NCBI GenBank assembly: GCA_965223845.1
Contig: CBDCXR010000004.1
Coordinates: 3,808,001-3,872,000, forward strand
Source: Planctomycetota bacterium
GTDB taxonomy: Bacteria > Planctomycetota > UBA8108 > SXIK01
Direction: 5' to 3'
DNA length: 64,000 bases
The notes below the pieces were generated by a model that saw only the letters and a program-made list of their open reading frames with translations, searched no databases and was not told the origin of the DNA. Positions 38,068 through 48,621 of the stretch are shown here, piece after piece. How positions within the stretch are numbered: the first letter of the stretch is position 1; each line of letters starts with the position of its first letter. The translations under genes were made by a program, and so were the position numbers.

Positions 38068-39324
38068 TCAGTCCTTGGGGCGGAGCAGCGCCAGCGCACG
38101 CGCGGCCGCGGCGGCTCGAGCTCCGCCTCGCGCCGACTCCGCACGAAAGAGCGCGACGACGTCCGCTCGGTCGACGCCCTTCGTCCTCGGCTCGATACCG
38201 CCGAGGAGACGGACGACGTACGCGACTTCGTCGTCCGATTCACTCGCGCCGGCCAGCTCGAGGAGCCGAGCGATCGCGGGATCGTCGCCGCGCCGAGCGA
38301 GGACCCAGAGGATCCGCCGGCGCTCGTCCGCATCCTTCGCCTCGCGAGAGCGCGCGACGAGCGCCGCGGTCATTCGCGGTCCGGGGAGCAGCACCGCCGC
38401 CTCGAGCGCGGCGCCGCGGATCTGGCGATTCGCATCGCCCGTCGCCGCCGCGATGCGCGCGATCTCACTCTGGAGACCCGCGCGCGCGAACCCGATGAGC
38501 GCCGCGCAGTGCTCGGCGATCCCGAGGCTCGTCGCTCGATCGTAGATGCGACGCGCCGTCCCGCGCTCGGAGTTCGCCACGAGACTGTCGGCGAGCCGAA
38601 GATACGCCCGGCGAACGCGCAGGTGATCGATCCCCTCGGTCGTGCGGAGCGCCTCCTCGAGGACGCTAACGGACGAAATCTCACCGATGAGTGCGAGCGA
38701 TTCGATCGCGACGAGGCGAACTTCCCGATCCTCGTCGCGCGCAGCTTCGAGCAGGTGCTGAACGGCCAGCGCGTCCTTGCGCAGTCCCATCGCTCGGAGG
38801 ACGCCGAGTCGCAGATTCCCCGTCGCGCCCGAGAGCGCATCGCGGAGCGCCTTCTTCACGGTGACGACAGGGATCCGTTCGAGCGCACGCCGCGCGGCTT
38901 CGCGGACGGCCGCCTCGCCGTGCCCGCCGAGGATCGACGCGAGCGGCCGCACGGATTCGTACTTTCCCAGTCGTCCGATCTCCTCGATGAGCGCGACGCG
39001 AGCCCGGAGCGGAAGCTCCGCCTCGAGGGCGGCGAGGGCGGACTTGACGAACTCACGCCTCGCGCCATCCGCACCGGGGCGTCCGCTCTCCGCACTCGCA
39101 CGTTCCAGCCGGTCCGCACCGCGCGCAAACTCGCTCGGCTCTTCGCTCGCAAGCTGCGAGACGATCGCAGCGAACGGCGGCGGATCCTGGGCGCGAGCTC
39201 CGTCGGCGAGGAATGCAAGCGCGAACGGGATGATCGACAAGAAGATCGGCAGCGCACGCGACGGCGCGAACGGTCTCGACCGGCGCGCCAGCGCGACGAC
39301 AAGGAAACAGGCGTTCGAATTCAT
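38068..39324 (-). CDS. Secreted HEAT-repeat protein
   Basis: Signal peptide ending ARA-Q; repeats VREAARRALERIP, VRLVAIESLALIG, IRGAALEAA. Confidence 0.8.
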   Translation of the reverse strand: MNSNACFLVVALARRSRPFAPSRALPIFLSIIPFALAFLADGARAQDPPPFAAIVSQLASEEPSEFARGADRLERASAESGRPGADGARREFVKSALAALEAELPLRARVALIEEIGRLGKYESVRPLASILGGHGEAAVREAARRALERIPVVTVKKALRDALSGATGNLRLGVLRAMGLRKDALAVQHLLEAARDEDREVRLVAIESLALIGEISSVSVLEEALRTTEGIDHLRVRRAYLRLADSLVANSERGTARRIYDRATSLGIAEHCAALIGFARAGLQSEIARIAAATGDANRQIRGAALEAAVLLPGPRMTAALVARSREAKDADERRRILWVLARRGDDPAIARLLELAGASESDDEVAYVVRLLGGIEPRTKGVDRADVVALFRAESARGGARAAAAARALALLRPKD

Positions 39325-39359
39325 GGTGACGAGCTTCTAGTGGCGAGAGCGATCGACGA

Positions 39360-40586
39360 CTATATCTGGTACGGAGCCCGCATCGGACGGTCGAGCCAAC
39401 GCGAGGCCGCTTCGTCGTCGACGATTTCTTCCTTGGCCGGATCCCAGCGGATCGTGCGACCGAGCCAGATCGCGATGTTCGAGAGATGACACACCGTGAC
39501 CGAGCGCGCGCCGATTTCGACGTCGGCGACCGGCTCGTCGCGCGTGGTCATGCAGTTCCACCAATCGCGATGGTGTCCGGGGCTCCGGTAGAGTTTCACC
39601 GCCGGACTCGCGAGCTCGGCTCCGAGCTCCGCGGGATCCGCCGCGAATTTGCCGCGGTTCACGGTGATCGAGCCGGCCGACCCGACGAACTTGACCCCGT
39701 CGGCCGCTACCTTGCCGCAGCGCACCGTGACACCGTTCTCGTAAACGATCGTCACGTACTCTTTTCCAGATTCGGGCGGGCGAACCTCTACCGGTCCGCT
39801 GCGCTCGTACCCGAGACCCCATTGCGCGATGTCGAGATGGTGAGCTCCCCAATCGGTCATCGTGCCGCCGGAAAACTCGCGGTACGCCCGCCAGCTCCCG
39901 GGGTGGAGCTTCCGATTGTAGTCACGCCACGGCGCGGGTCCGATCCAGCGGTCCCAATCGAGTCCCGATGGTACCGGCTCGGCGGGGAGGCGACAGGGTC
40001 GCGACGATCCCCATACGCTCACGAGGACTTCCTTGACCGCTCCAATTCGACCATTTCGAACGAGCTCGCAGGCGCGATGGAACTCCGCGCCCGAGCGCTG
40101 CTGACTCCCGACTTGAACGACGCGAGCGTAGCGACGCGCGGCGTCGACCATCTTTCGTGCCTCGACGACGGTGAGGCTGAGCGGCTTTTCGCAGTAGACG
40201 TCCTTCCCCGCTTCACACGAGTGGATCGCCGGAAGCGCGTGCCAGTGATCGGGCGTCGCGATGACGACCGCGTCGACGTCCTCCCGGTCGAGGAGCGCGC
40301 GATAGTCGTTCGTCTTGAAACACGCCGAGCCAACGCGGGCGGCGGCGGCGTCACGCTTCGACGCGTCGACGTCGCAGACCGCGACCGACGGGTGGGACTT
40401 GCTCGTCGCATATCGGCCGAGGTGTCCGTTTCCCATGCCGCCGACACCGATGTGTCCGATTCCGACGCGCTCGTTCGCATCGGGACGAAACGCCGTCCCG
40501 ATGGCCCCTGGACGAGCGATCGCCGGAGCGACGAGTCCGGCTCCGAGCGCGCCTAGGAACGAGCGACGACTGACGCGCCGAGACAT
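39360..40586 (-). CDS. Tat-exported Gfo/Idh/MocA oxidoreductase
   Basis: SRRSFL, IGVGGMG, ATPDHWH, DVYCEKP, QVGSQQRS, DWGAHHLD. Confidence 0.92.
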   Translation of the reverse strand: MSRRVSRRSFLGALGAGLVAPAIARPGAIGTAFRPDANERVGIGHIGVGGMGNGHLGRYATSKSHPSVAVCDVDASKRDAAAARVGSACFKTNDYRALLDREDVDAVVIATPDHWHALPAIHSCEAGKDVYCEKPLSLTVVEARKMVDAARRYARVVQVGSQQRSGAEFHRACELVRNGRIGAVKEVLVSVWGSSRPCRLPAEPVPSGLDWDRWIGPAPWRDYNRKLHPGSWRAYREFSGGTMTDWGAHHLDIAQWGLGYERSGPVEVRPPESGKEYVTIVYENGVTVRCGKVAADGVKFVGSAGSITVNRGKFAADPAELGAELASPAVKLYRSPGHHRDWWNCMTTRDEPVADVEIGARSVTVCHLSNIAIWLGRTIRWDPAKEEIVDDEAASRWLDRPMRAPYQI

Positions 40587-41201
40587 CGCGATCCTCCGAG
40601 CTGGTTTCGGTCGAGATGAGCCGCGCCCGCGTCGCGTCACATCGCCATCGAGCTGAAGCGAGCCCCGCGCGCGGAGGAACCGAACGACCGCGAAGGCAGC
40701 AACAGCGGTAAATCGAGAACGTAATCCCAGGAAAGGATAGTCCACCGTGCGCGCGATGACAGCTCTCTCGTCCGTTCGATTTGTCGATTCCGGCGTGCTG
40801 AGACGGGCGCTGCGCTTGTGTTCGACGAGACTCGGCACGGGGCGATTCGATTTAGCCGGGAACTAGCGCGTTCGCTCTCCTCCGACAAACAACGGACGAA
40901 TCCTCCCCGGCTCGAGACGCGAGGCGCGAACGGGACGACTCCCGATCGGGCGAGCCGTGAGACGGGATCGATACCGCTTTCGCCCACGGATGCTCTGTCG
41001 TGAATCCGCGACGATCGTCTGGAAACACGTGCCGTTCGGTTCGCGATGCCGACCGATGTCCCTCGTTTTCTGACGGCGAACCGATTCGCGCGCGGACCCC
41101 CAGCTCACGACTCGTGTTCAGGCGACCGAACTCTTAGCTCGATCGCGCTCCGAGGCCGGTAGAATGACGCGCAACGAGAATCCACTGAGCGAGGTATCAA
41201 G

Positions 41202-42476
41202 ATGGCAGAACGCTCGACCCGACGGCGGTTTCTAAAGCGCGCGGCGCAGATCGGAGCGGCCGCGAGCGCACCGGCGATTTTTCCGCACGGAATGCTCGGT
41301 GCGGCATCGCCGAACGAGCGCATCGTCACCGGTCATATCGGCGTCGGCGGCATGGGCACGGGACAGCTCCGCGGCTCGTTTCTTCAGAACGCGGGGGCGA
41401 TTTGCGATGTCGACGAAAACCACCTCCGCCGCGCCGCTCGTCTCGTCGGTCGGTACGTCCCGCTCTACCGCGACTTTCGCGAGCTCCTCGACCAGCGTGA
41501 CATCGACGGCGTCGTCGTCGCGACGCCCGATCACTGGCACGCAGTGCAGACTGTCTACGCGTGCGAAGCGGGAAAGGACGTCTACTGTCAGAAGCCCCTC
41601 AGCCTCACCGTCGAAGAAGGGCTCAAGATGAAAGCCGCCGCGGATCGCTGCGGGCGCATCATCCAAGTCGGCTCGCAGGGACGCTCGACGCGCGCCGCGT
41701 ACAAGGCCTGCGGTTACGTTCGGAACGGACAGATCGGCCGCGTGAAGGAAGTGCGCTGCTGGCACTACGCCAATCCCGTCGGGGGCTTCAAACCCGACGA
41801 GCCGCCGCCTCCGCACCTCGACTGGGATCTCTGGCTCGGTCCGGTTCGCTACGTGCCCTACAACGTCGACCGCTGTCACTTCAATTTTCGTTGGTTCCTC
41901 GAGTTCGGTGGCGGACAGATCCGCGACCGCGGCGCGCACGTCATGTCCGTTGCGCTGTGGCTGCTCGGCGCCGACACGCAGCCGCTTCACTCGGTCGAAG
42001 CAACGGGAACGGCTCCCAAGGAGGGCATCTGGGATTGTCCCGTCGACATGGAGGTGAAGTACGAGTTCAAGGACCCGGACTGGACGATGTACTGGCTCCA
42101 GCCCGGCGAGCCGCAGCGCGGTGCGGGCTACGGCGCGACGTACCTCGGGGAGAAGGGAAACCTCATCGTCACCGGAGGAGACGGCGGCTGCGGCACCGAG
42201 GAAAAAGCGATGCAGTACACTCCGCCCTCCGATGGAGTTCAGCCGTACAAGAGTCCTGGTCACGAACGCGATTGGCTGAATTGCATGAAGACGCGGGAGA
42301 AGCCGATCATGCACATCGACGCGGGTCTCGCGGTCGCCAATCTGTGCATTCTGGGGAACATTTCGTACATCCTCGGACGCGAGCTCCGGTGGGATGCCGA
42401 GACGAATCGTGTGATCGGTGACGCGGAGGCGAACCGGATGCTCGCTCGGCCAAATCGCACGCCGTGGCGGATTTGA
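41202..42476 (+). CDS. Tat-exported Gfo/Idh/MocA oxidoreductase
   Basis: TRRRFLK, IGVGGMG, ATPDHWH, DVYCQKP, QVGSQGRS, DRGAH. Confidence 0.92.
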   Translation: MAERSTRRRFLKRAAQIGAAASAPAIFPHGMLGAASPNERIVTGHIGVGGMGTGQLRGSFLQNAGAICDVDENHLRRAARLVGRYVPLYRDFRELLDQRDIDGVVVATPDHWHAVQTVYACEAGKDVYCQKPLSLTVEEGLKMKAAADRCGRIIQVGSQGRSTRAAYKACGYVRNGQIGRVKEVRCWHYANPVGGFKPDEPPPPHLDWDLWLGPVRYVPYNVDRCHFNFRWFLEFGGGQIRDRGAHVMSVALWLLGADTQPLHSVEATGTAPKEGIWDCPVDMEVKYEFKDPDWTMYWLQPGEPQRGAGYGATYLGEKGNLIVTGGDGGCGTEEKAMQYTPPSDGVQPYKSPGHERDWLNCMKTREKPIMHIDAGLAVANLCILGNISYILGRELRWDAETNRVIGDAEANRMLARPNRTPWRI

Positions 42477-42489
42477 GGAGGGACGGACC

Positions 42490-44748
42490 ATGAGATACCA
42501 CGCACTCGCGATCGCGATCGCCACCTCGCTGCTCCTCGCCGCTGCCTCCCCGATCCGCGCGGAGACTCCCGCCACCGAAACCGTCCCCGATCCGGCGGCC
42601 GACCGCGCCGTCGCGAAGCTCGTCGAACAGGTCACATCGGACGACAAGGACGTCCGCTACGCCGCTCGATCGGCGGCGCGTACGCTCGGGGCGCGGGCGA
42701 TCAACCCGCTCGGCCGGCTGCTCGAGCACGAGAGCCGCGAAGTTCGGATCACGGCGCTCCGAGCGCTCGAGCAGATCGTGCATCACGCCGGTCGACCTGG
42801 TGCGGCTCGAGAGGCGCTCGCGGCGAGCCGGTCGTTGGCTCGGGTCGTCCGCTCGGACTCCCCGCAGTGGGTGAAGCTCGAGCTTCTCAGTCTCGTCGCG
42901 CACATTGGCGGGGACGCGATCGTTCCCCGCGTGAGCGGCTTCCTCCACGACCCCGATCCGCACGTCCGCGAGACGGCGCGCCTCGCCCTCGAGCGCATCC
43001 CAACGCGCGCGGCGAGCGGAGCTCTCATTCGCGCGGTGCGCGAATCGACCGGCGCAGATCGCGTCGCGTTTCTGTTCTCGCTCGGGAAGAAGCGTGACCC
43101 CGCGCTGACATCGTTTCTCCTCAGTCAGGCGTACGACAGAGACGAAGAGGTCCGCCTCGCCGCACTCCGCGCGCTCGCGCACGCCGGTGCGCCGGAGGCT
43201 CAGCCGGCGTTTCGAGACGAGATCCAGCGCTCGGAGTCTCACGAGCGCGCTCAGCTGTTCGGAGAACTGCTCCGTCTCGCCGACGAGCTCGCAGACGCGG
43301 GTCGCTCGGGCGTCGCACGCCACCTGTTCGGCGAGGCGCTCAAGGCGGCGCCGGAAGACTATCAGCGCGAACGCGCGCTCGTCCGTCTAGCGGATATGAA
43401 GAAGGACGCCCCGCTCGAAACTCTTCTCAGCGGACTCGCCGATCCGGCTGCACGCGTTCGCTCGACCGCGCTCGACGCGATCTCCGCCCTGCCCGGTGAC
43501 GACGTCAACGCGGCGCTCGCCGAATCGTTCTCCTCGAGTGAAGGCGAGGCTCGCATTCTCGTCCTTCGCGCGCTCGCCGAACGCGATCCCGAGGCGGCGG
43601 CTCCGCTCGTCACTCTGGCGGCCGAGAGCTCCGATGTCGAGCTGCGGGTAACCGCTCTCGACCTTCGTGAATCGCTCGCGCAGCCGGAGATGGTGGCGAC
43701 TTACCTCGACCTCGCGACGAAAGGCTCCGCCTCGATTCGGCCGGTCGCCGTCCGCGGCTATCTCCTCGTCGCCGATCGCAAGCACGCGGCGGGTGAAGCG
43801 GCGCGAAAGGAGGCGGCCGGAAGATTTGCCGGCGCGATCGACATCCCGGATGCGGAGCTCGGAGAGTTTATCGATCGAGCTCGAGCCGATCTCCTCGCCG
43901 CGCGAAAGCGCGTTCGCGACGCCGGCGCGATGTACGTCCGAGCGATCGACCTCGCTGCGAGCGACGATCAGCGCGTCGCCGCTATCGAAGGCATCGAGCG
44001 CGTCGGGGATCCGAGCGCAGTGAATTCTCTCCGTCCGTTCCTCGACCACCCGGTGGTCGGCGGTGCGGCATCGCGCGTCTTCGCCGCGCTCGCGACCCGC
44101 CTGGCGGAGTCGGCAGTTCGCGATCCGATCCAGATTGATGCCGCCGAGAAGGCGCTCCTTGCCGTCCTCGAGGGGCGGTTTCCCCGGACGCTCCGCGTCG
44201 AAGCGATGGAACGACTCGCCGCACTCGGGCGCGATCCGCAGAAGCCCCTTCGGACGAAGGGGTTCGTTCTCGACTGGTGGCTCATCGGGCCGATCGCCGA
44301 CGAAACGGGGAACGGCCTCGCCGAGGAGTTCTTCCCGGAGAAGGCGCGCGAGTTCGAAGGCGAGCACCGCATCGGACCGCGACGGTACCGCTGGCAGCGA
44401 CCGCGTCTTCTCACGCGCACGGGCGCGATCGACTTTCTTCCGCGCTTCCGCCGCAGCTCGAAGCGAATCGCCTACGCGTACACGGAGCTCGTCTCGTCCA
44501 GCGAGCAGGACGTCATCTTTCGCATCGGAAGCAACGACGGCGTCGCGTGCTGGCTGAACGACGAGCGCATCCATTTCAAACCGGGAACGCGATCGCTCAA
44601 GATCGACGAAGATCGCGTCGAGGCACATCTCAAGCGCGGGAAGAACTCCATTCTTCTCAAGGTGAACAACGTCGACGGCGACTGGGGAATGTCGTTCCGA
44701 GTGACGACGACCGGAGACCGACCGCTCCCGCTCGAAGTCGATCTTTGA
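42490..44748 (+). CDS. Secreted HEAT-repeat protein with C-terminal PA14-like beta-sandwich
   Basis: GAGGAG RBS, signal peptide, HEAT repeats (VRETARLALERIP); C-terminal DWWLIGP...AYAYT...GSNDGVACWLN...LKRGKNSILLKV. Confidence 0.82.
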   Translation: MRYHALAIAIATSLLLAAASPIRAETPATETVPDPAADRAVAKLVEQVTSDDKDVRYAARSAARTLGARAINPLGRLLEHESREVRITALRALEQIVHHAGRPGAAREALAASRSLARVVRSDSPQWVKLELLSLVAHIGGDAIVPRVSGFLHDPDPHVRETARLALERIPTRAASGALIRAVRESTGADRVAFLFSLGKKRDPALTSFLLSQAYDRDEEVRLAALRALAHAGAPEAQPAFRDEIQRSESHERAQLFGELLRLADELADAGRSGVARHLFGEALKAAPEDYQRERALVRLADMKKDAPLETLLSGLADPAARVRSTALDAISALPGDDVNAALAESFSSSEGEARILVLRALAERDPEAAAPLVTLAAESSDVELRVTALDLRESLAQPEMVATYLDLATKGSASIRPVAVRGYLLVADRKHAAGEAARKEAAGRFAGAIDIPDAELGEFIDRARADLLAARKRVRDAGAMYVRAIDLAASDDQRVAAIEGIERVGDPSAVNSLRPFLDHPVVGGAASRVFAALATRLAESAVRDPIQIDAAEKALLAVLEGRFPRTLRVEAMERLAALGRDPQKPLRTKGFVLDWWLIGPIADETGNGLAEEFFPEKAREFEGEHRIGPRRYRWQRPRLLTRTGAIDFLPRFRRSSKRIAYAYTELVSSSEQDVIFRIGSNDGVACWLNDERIHFKPGTRSLKIDEDRVEAHLKRGKNSILLKVNNVDGDWGMSFRVTTTGDRPLPLEVDL

Positions 44749-44861
44749 CGGCGCTGAGCCGACGTTCTTCCGAGTATCCCGCTCGAGGAGTTGCGCGGTT
44801 CAGCACTAACGCGTGAGGCGGCGGACCGGCAGCGCCGTGCTTCGGGGCAAAGGCGCCGTCG

Positions 44862-46013
44862 TCAGGCATTCACCGCCGCGAAGATTCCGAGCGCCGCCGC
44901 GAGTCCGAGCAGGACCGCGAACGTGATCTTGACCCAACTGTACGGTCGATCCCCCTGCACTTCACCCGTCGCGGCATTGACGAGCACGCGGTAGGGCTTG
45001 TCGCGGTAGCGGTAGGTGAGAAGCCAGAGCGGAAGAAGGAGGTGCTTGTACGTAATCGCGTCGCACTTCGTCTGGATTTGATGGATCCGCTGCGTGTCGC
45101 CGCCAATCCGTCGGCGCACCTCGCTTCGAATCGCCTGATCGATGCGGTCCCGCGCGAGCTTGAACCCGCGGTCGAGCGGGACTTCGTAGGTCTCGGCCAG
45201 ATAGCCGGCCAGGGCGTCCTCGGTAAACGGAATGCACTTGGGGAGCGGCCAGGGCTCGAGTGCGAGAACGCGCTTCGAAGGCAGCGCACGCGCAGCGCAC
45301 ACGAGGACGTCGTCGAAAAACCGCTGAAACGAACCGCTCGCCGGATACCAGCGCGTACGCCTCTCCGTTCGCCGATTCTTGCCGGAGCCCACCGTGACCC
45401 AGTAGTACTCGCCGCGCATGCCTGAATACCGGTTCGCGGTCATGGTGTCGTAAGTCCAGTACGGGATGTAAACCCCGCTGAACTTACCCTTCACGCCGCG
45501 CCGGACGAACTCGTTCGGCGCGAACCATCGCGAACTCACCCACTTTCCGAGGTTGTCTCGCGCGCGCTCGCGCGAGACTTGAAACGGAAGGACTCCGTCG
45601 ACCGGGATTCGATCCTCGGCGCGGTGAACATTCTCCCGCTGGATCGGAGAACCACAGTACGCGCACTCCGAGCTCGTCAGCGGCCCGGTGAAGACGACCG
45701 TCGCGCCGCAGGACTTACACGAGACTTCGGACTGCTCGGTCGCGGTACGCGGTGCGTCTTCTCGCCGTTTCGCCGCGAGCTGCTCGAGCGCGTCTTCGAA
45801 GTCCTGCTCGGCGACTTCGGCGTCCTCTTCGACTTCGAGCTTCTTCTCGAATCCGCAGTACGGACACTTGAGCCGCTGTTGGCCGATGTGAAAGCGCAGG
45901 TCGGCGCCGCAGCGCTCGCACGGGAACATTCGCCCGTCTTCTTCCGCGCGGTGCGGTCCGACGTCGCCGGTCGTGACGCCCCATTCCGGCGCCGGAGGAG
46001 ATGCTTCCGTCAT
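44862..46013 (-). CDS. Double zinc-ribbon membrane protein (YdjG-like)
   Basis: CERCG..CPYCG and CKSCG..CAYCG, GVLPF, YIPYWTYD, LLPLW, VNAATGEVQG, C-terminal TM. Confidence 0.82.
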   Translation of the reverse strand: MTEASPPAPEWGVTTGDVGPHRAEEDGRMFPCERCGADLRFHIGQQRLKCPYCGFEKKLEVEEDAEVAEQDFEDALEQLAAKRREDAPRTATEQSEVSCKSCGATVVFTGPLTSSECAYCGSPIQRENVHRAEDRIPVDGVLPFQVSRERARDNLGKWVSSRWFAPNEFVRRGVKGKFSGVYIPYWTYDTMTANRYSGMRGEYYWVTVGSGKNRRTERRTRWYPASGSFQRFFDDVLVCAARALPSKRVLALEPWPLPKCIPFTEDALAGYLAETYEVPLDRGFKLARDRIDQAIRSEVRRRIGGDTQRIHQIQTKCDAITYKHLLLPLWLLTYRYRDKPYRVLVNAATGEVQGDRPYSWVKITFAVLLGLAAALGIFAAVNA

Positions 46014-46087
46014 CGCCAATCCTCAGCCGAGTTCCAGTTCACCCGAGGCATGAAGCCGCGCGATCCGGCGCGGCTCCATCGCTCCGT

Positions 46088-47194
46088 TCACGCCGAAGGC
46101 GGCGGCGGAGGTGGCGGCGGTGCGGGCCCGAAGTACGTCGCGAGCTCGGCGACCTGCCCCGCCTTCGTCCACCCGGAAAGCCCGGCGTGCCAGACGTAGG
46201 TGTCCCTCCCCACCTGGCCCTGTCCGATCGCCGCGGCGATCTGCTGAGGCGTGAACGGCCCGCTCGTCGCTCCCCCGGCGGAGACGTGCCACTGGACGGC
46301 CGGAGGCGGCGGAGGAGGAGTACCGGGCGCCGCCCCTGCTCCGCTTCGCGCCATCTGATTCGCCATCGCGAATCCCATTCCGAGCCCCATCCCCTCCGCG
46401 GCGCCGCCCCCGCTCGGGTTCTCGGCGGCGGCGATCATCGCCTGCCCCATCTGAAACTGCTGGTACCGGCCCATGTCGCCGATCACTCCCATGCTACTCC
46501 TGGTGTCGAGCGCCTTCTCGACCGATTCCGGAAGCGACACGTTCACGATGAAGAGAGTGGGGACTTCGAGCCCGTACTCATCGTCGACTCGCTCGGAGAC
46601 CGCGTCTCGAAGCGCGTTCGAAAGATCGGAGTAATTACTCGCGAGATCGAGCACGCCGATCTTCGACTCGCCGAGCAGATCGGCAAAGGTCGTATTTACC
46701 GTCGAGCGCATCAACTCGGTCACTTCGTCGGCTTCGAAGACACCGTCCGTCCCGACGAGCTCGCGAAGGAGCGCCTTCGGATCCTGCGCGCGGAGCGTAT
46801 ACGTCCCAAAGGCACGCACGCGAACCGGACCGAAATCGGGGTCGCGAAGGATGATCGGATTCGGCGTCCCCCACTTGAGGTCCGTGATCTGCCGCGTGCT
46901 GACGAAGTAGACCTCGCACTTGAACGGACTCTCGAAGCCGTACTTCCAGCCCTGAAGCGTGCTGAGAATCGGCAGGTTGTTCGTCTTCAGCTCGTAGTGC
47001 CCGGGCTGGAAGATGTCGGCGAGCTTGCCCTCGTGGACGAAGATCGCCACTTGCCCGGGACGGACGATGAGCCGCGCGCCGTTCTTGATCTCGTTGTTGT
47101 AGCGAGGGAAACGCCAGCAGATCGTGTGGCGCGTGTCGTCCACCCACTCGACGATGTCGACGAGTTCGCCACGGAGCTTGTCAAAGAGGCCCAC
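46088..47194 (-). CDS. SPFH/Band-7-like protein with C-terminal GYF_2 domain (YdjI-like)
   Basis: LIVRPGQVAIFV, SPFKCEVYFV, KWGTPNPI, RAFGTY; GPFT...YVWHAGLSGW; AGGAG RBS. Confidence 0.87.
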   Translation of the reverse strand: MGLFDKLRGELVDIVEWVDDTRHTICWRFPRYNNEIKNGARLIVRPGQVAIFVHEGKLADIFQPGHYELKTNNLPILSTLQGWKYGFESPFKCEVYFVSTRQITDLKWGTPNPIILRDPDFGPVRVRAFGTYTLRAQDPKALLRELVGTDGVFEADEVTELMRSTVNTTFADLLGESKIGVLDLASNYSDLSNALRDAVSERVDDEYGLEVPTLFIVNVSLPESVEKALDTRSSMGVIGDMGRYQQFQMGQAMIAAAENPSGGGAAEGMGLGMGFAMANQMARSGAGAAPGTPPPPPPAVQWHVSAGGATSGPFTPQQIAAAIGQGQVGRDTYVWHAGLSGWTKAGQVAELATYFGPAPPPPPPPPSA

Positions 47195-47474
47195 GGCTCT
47201 CTCCTAGTTTCAAGGTTCGTTCAGTAGTCGCGAGGACGGAGTCGCCGCTCGATTGCGCGCTCGCCCGAAAGAAAGAGACGCGCGACCGCAGCCCGTGTTT
47301 CGGCAGAAACGCCCAAGGAGGTCGCGAAGTCGCCGGCAGCGGCCGGACTCGCCCGCGCCATCTGGCATCAGCCGCGCATCGAGTTCCAGCGGAATCTCGC
47401 GGTCCGTCGAGGATCAAAACCGCGCTCCGGATCGATCGCAGCCGGGGACCCTGGCCGGCCGCGCGTGCTCGTGA

Positions 47475-48362
47475 TTACGAGTCGGCGAGCTCGAGCTCGG
47501 GAGAGTCCTCGGTGCGGTCGACTTCCGACGACTCCTCGTTCGAGCCCTTTCGCGCGCGCAGCTCCTCGAGCGCCTTCTCCTTGTCGCGCCGATCTCGGTC
47601 GACGAGATCCAGCTCTTCCTCGAGCTCTGCGACCTGACCCCGCAGCGTCTCGATTTCCCCACGCGCGGCTTCGAGCTCCTCGAGATTCGATCCCGGAGAG
47701 GATTCTTTCACCAGCCGAAGCTGCTCCACTTCAGCCTCGCGTTCGCGGAGGTCGCGGTTGATCCGAAAGACGTGCTTCTCGAGCATCGACTCGAAGAACA
47801 CGCGAACGCGACCGAGCTCGCGCAGGGTCTCGTTGCGGATCGCCTCGTCGCGGAGATCTTGGCGCTCGGCGAACTCGTCGCGAAACGAGGCGACGACGTC
47901 TTCGACGAGCTCTCGCGCCGTGTCTCCGTCTAGACTCGCGCCGCGGCCCGATTGAACCGACTCGACGAGCACATCGGCCGCAGCCGCGTCGAGGACCTTG
48001 CTCCGTTCCTCCCACGCCTGCTGGAACCAGCTGCGGCAGAGGAGATAGACGACAAGCCCGAGAAGCACCGTCGAGGCGGTGGCGAGCGCCACGGAGCTCA
48101 GCGCGAGGACCGAGCCGGACTGAAGGACGAAGAAGACAGAGCCGGCGACTCCGACCGACACGAGCATCGTCGTGACGCCGAGCATCGCGGTGGATTGGCC
48201 GTAGCGATCCATTCGGAGGCGGGCGCGTTCGGCGGCGTCCGCCGAATCCACCCACTCGACCGAGTCGGCCGGTTCGAGGCTCTCCACGTCCACGCCGTCG
48301 GCGTCCGCGGATTCGTCGGGATCGACTTCGGGTCGCGTGTCTCGGTCGGTCGCTTCAGTCAT
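47475..48362 (-). CDS. Hypothetical two-TM protein with C-terminal coiled coil
   Basis: Two hydrophobic helices followed by an E/R/L heptad-rich tail. Confidence 0.65.
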   Translation of the reverse strand: MTEATDRDTRPEVDPDESADADGVDVESLEPADSVEWVDSADAAERARLRMDRYGQSTAMLGVTTMLVSVGVAGSVFFVLQSGSVLALSSVALATASTVLLGLVVYLLCRSWFQQAWEERSKVLDAAAADVLVESVQSGRGASLDGDTARELVEDVVASFRDEFAERQDLRDEAIRNETLRELGRVRVFFESMLEKHVFRINRDLREREAEVEQLRLVKESSPGSNLEELEAARGEIETLRGQVAELEEELDLVDRDRRDKEKALEELRARKGSNEESSEVDRTEDSPELELADS

Positions 48363-48621
48363 ATCGAGGCGGCAGAATCGCTCTGCCCTCTCCGCTGGCT
48401 CGGGTGTCGTTTCGCCCACTCGACGAGGACTTCTCACCGAAGAGTACGACAGGATGGCGTGGCCGTCACACGCGCCGCGCTGGAGCTCCCCCGGCACGGC
48501 GTTTTCGGAACCCGACGGACGGAGAGCTGGGCGCTTCGAGGGTCCGCCCCGCCGGCGATTGCACACCGCGCAAAGACCTTGACAACCACTCGCAGCAGCG
48601 GCTTCATCGTGTCCCCTCTCT

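Noticed and set aside
35241-38498. 1085-aa plus-strand ORF, and similar long shadows at 59176-61287, 17416-19122 and 20521-22227
   Set aside because: Each lies antisense to a well-supported gene and has no recognisable domain or RBS.
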